Assembly (NCBI GenBank): GCA_027317865.1
Contig: DAHVQG010000009.1
Location: forward strand, 15,937 to 79,936
DNA: 64,000 nt
DNA from: Bdellovibrionales bacterium
GTDB taxonomy: Bacteria; Bdellovibrionota; Bdellovibrionia; Bdellovibrionales; UBA1609
Direction: 5' to 3'
Shown here: one piece after another, positions 63,933-64,000 of the stretch
Numbering within the stretch: position 1 is the stretch's first letter
Layout: the number at the start of each line of letters is the position of its first letter
Position numbers and translations under genes: made by a program
The notes under the pieces: model-generated
What the model was told of the DNA's origin: nothing
The model's database searches: none
Seen by the model: the letters and a program-made list of their open reading frames with translations, nothing else

Positions 63933-64000
63933 TGTCACATAAATTGTGGGTGAGTTAACTCATCAAGATTGTCAAAATTATATTTAAAGTGAAGAATTAT

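Noticed and set aside
63951-63962. 12-bp perfect palindrome TGAGTTAACTCA after the last gene
   Set aside because: It is too short, loop-less and not followed by a T-run. It lies at the window edge, so its context is missing.
1-64000. CRISPR arrays, tRNA/rRNA genes, transposases, integrases, prophage or defence-system genes
   Set aside because: I saw no regularly spaced direct repeats, no tRNA-like T-arm or acceptor patterns in spacers, and no recognisable transposase, integrase, restriction, Cas, reverse-transcriptase or toxin-antitoxin motifs in any listed ORF.

Overview
The window is a gene-dense chromosomal segment with about 60 protein-coding genes and moderate GC by eye. I recognised no rRNA, tRNA, CRISPR array, transposase or integrase. 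All calls come from reading motifs in the supplied translations and the raw DNA; nothing was searched or computed.

Content, in order:
- 0.5-6.5 kb: a two-component / cyclic-nucleotide signalling island (CheY, PAS kinase, REC-HD-GYP, a stand-alone DHp protein, REC-class III cyclase, REC-kinase-REC hybrid).
- 6.5-8.4 kb: an ABC-F ATPase.
- 8.4-13 kb: a small surface-sugar cluster (methyltransferase, GT4, FdtB-like aminotransferase, FdtA-like ketoisomerase, GT9-like).
- 13-14.3 kb: a ClC channel.
- 14.4-17.4 kb: a second REC-HD-GYP plus hybrid kinase pair.
- 17.5-29.9 kb: a long run of signal-peptide proteins (GH16, beta-barrel OMP, two trypsin-like proteases, alpha/beta hydrolase, Ig-like repeat protein, protein-glutaminase-like deamidase, ankyrin-subtilase fusion, two-HKD PLD), with an MFS transporter embedded.
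- 29.8-32.9 kb: PolX, Fe-SOD, and crcB behind a clear fluoride riboswitch.
- 33-35.7 kb: a 910-aa exported protein with a GNAT-like C-terminus.
- 35.8-39.7 kb: an orphan Hpt with OmpR-type and CheY-type regulators and a MacB/FtsX-type ABC pair.
- 39.7-53.4 kb: housekeeping and metabolic genes (GNAT, FAD oxidoreductase, Csp, MarC, HIBCH-like, HisS, a kynurenine cluster, QueG, CCA-adding enzyme).
- 53.4-63.9 kb: SufE, YebC and several small or large secreted proteins, including a 777-aa coiled-coil protein.

The abundance of HD-GYP regulators, AHDFNN-type kinases and exported hydrolases suggests a Bdellovibrionota/Oligoflexia-like, possibly predatory, Gram-negative bacterium. That is inference only.

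I found no obvious self-contained new system such as a defence island. The most interesting observations are:
- the unannotated fluoride riboswitch with an SD-sequestering platform;
- a ~65-aa module shared by three HD-GYP proteins and the coiled-coil protein;
- a stand-alone DHp (HisKA) protein;
- exported enzymes that need cytoplasmic cofactors (SAM methyltransferase, GNAT-like domain), which suggests delivered effectors;
- a kynurenine cluster with no kynureninase but with overlapping arginase-fold and threonine-aldolase-fold genes;
- a G9 tract in a ribosome-binding site;
- an orphan SD + mini-ORF + terminator unit in a 554-nt spacer.
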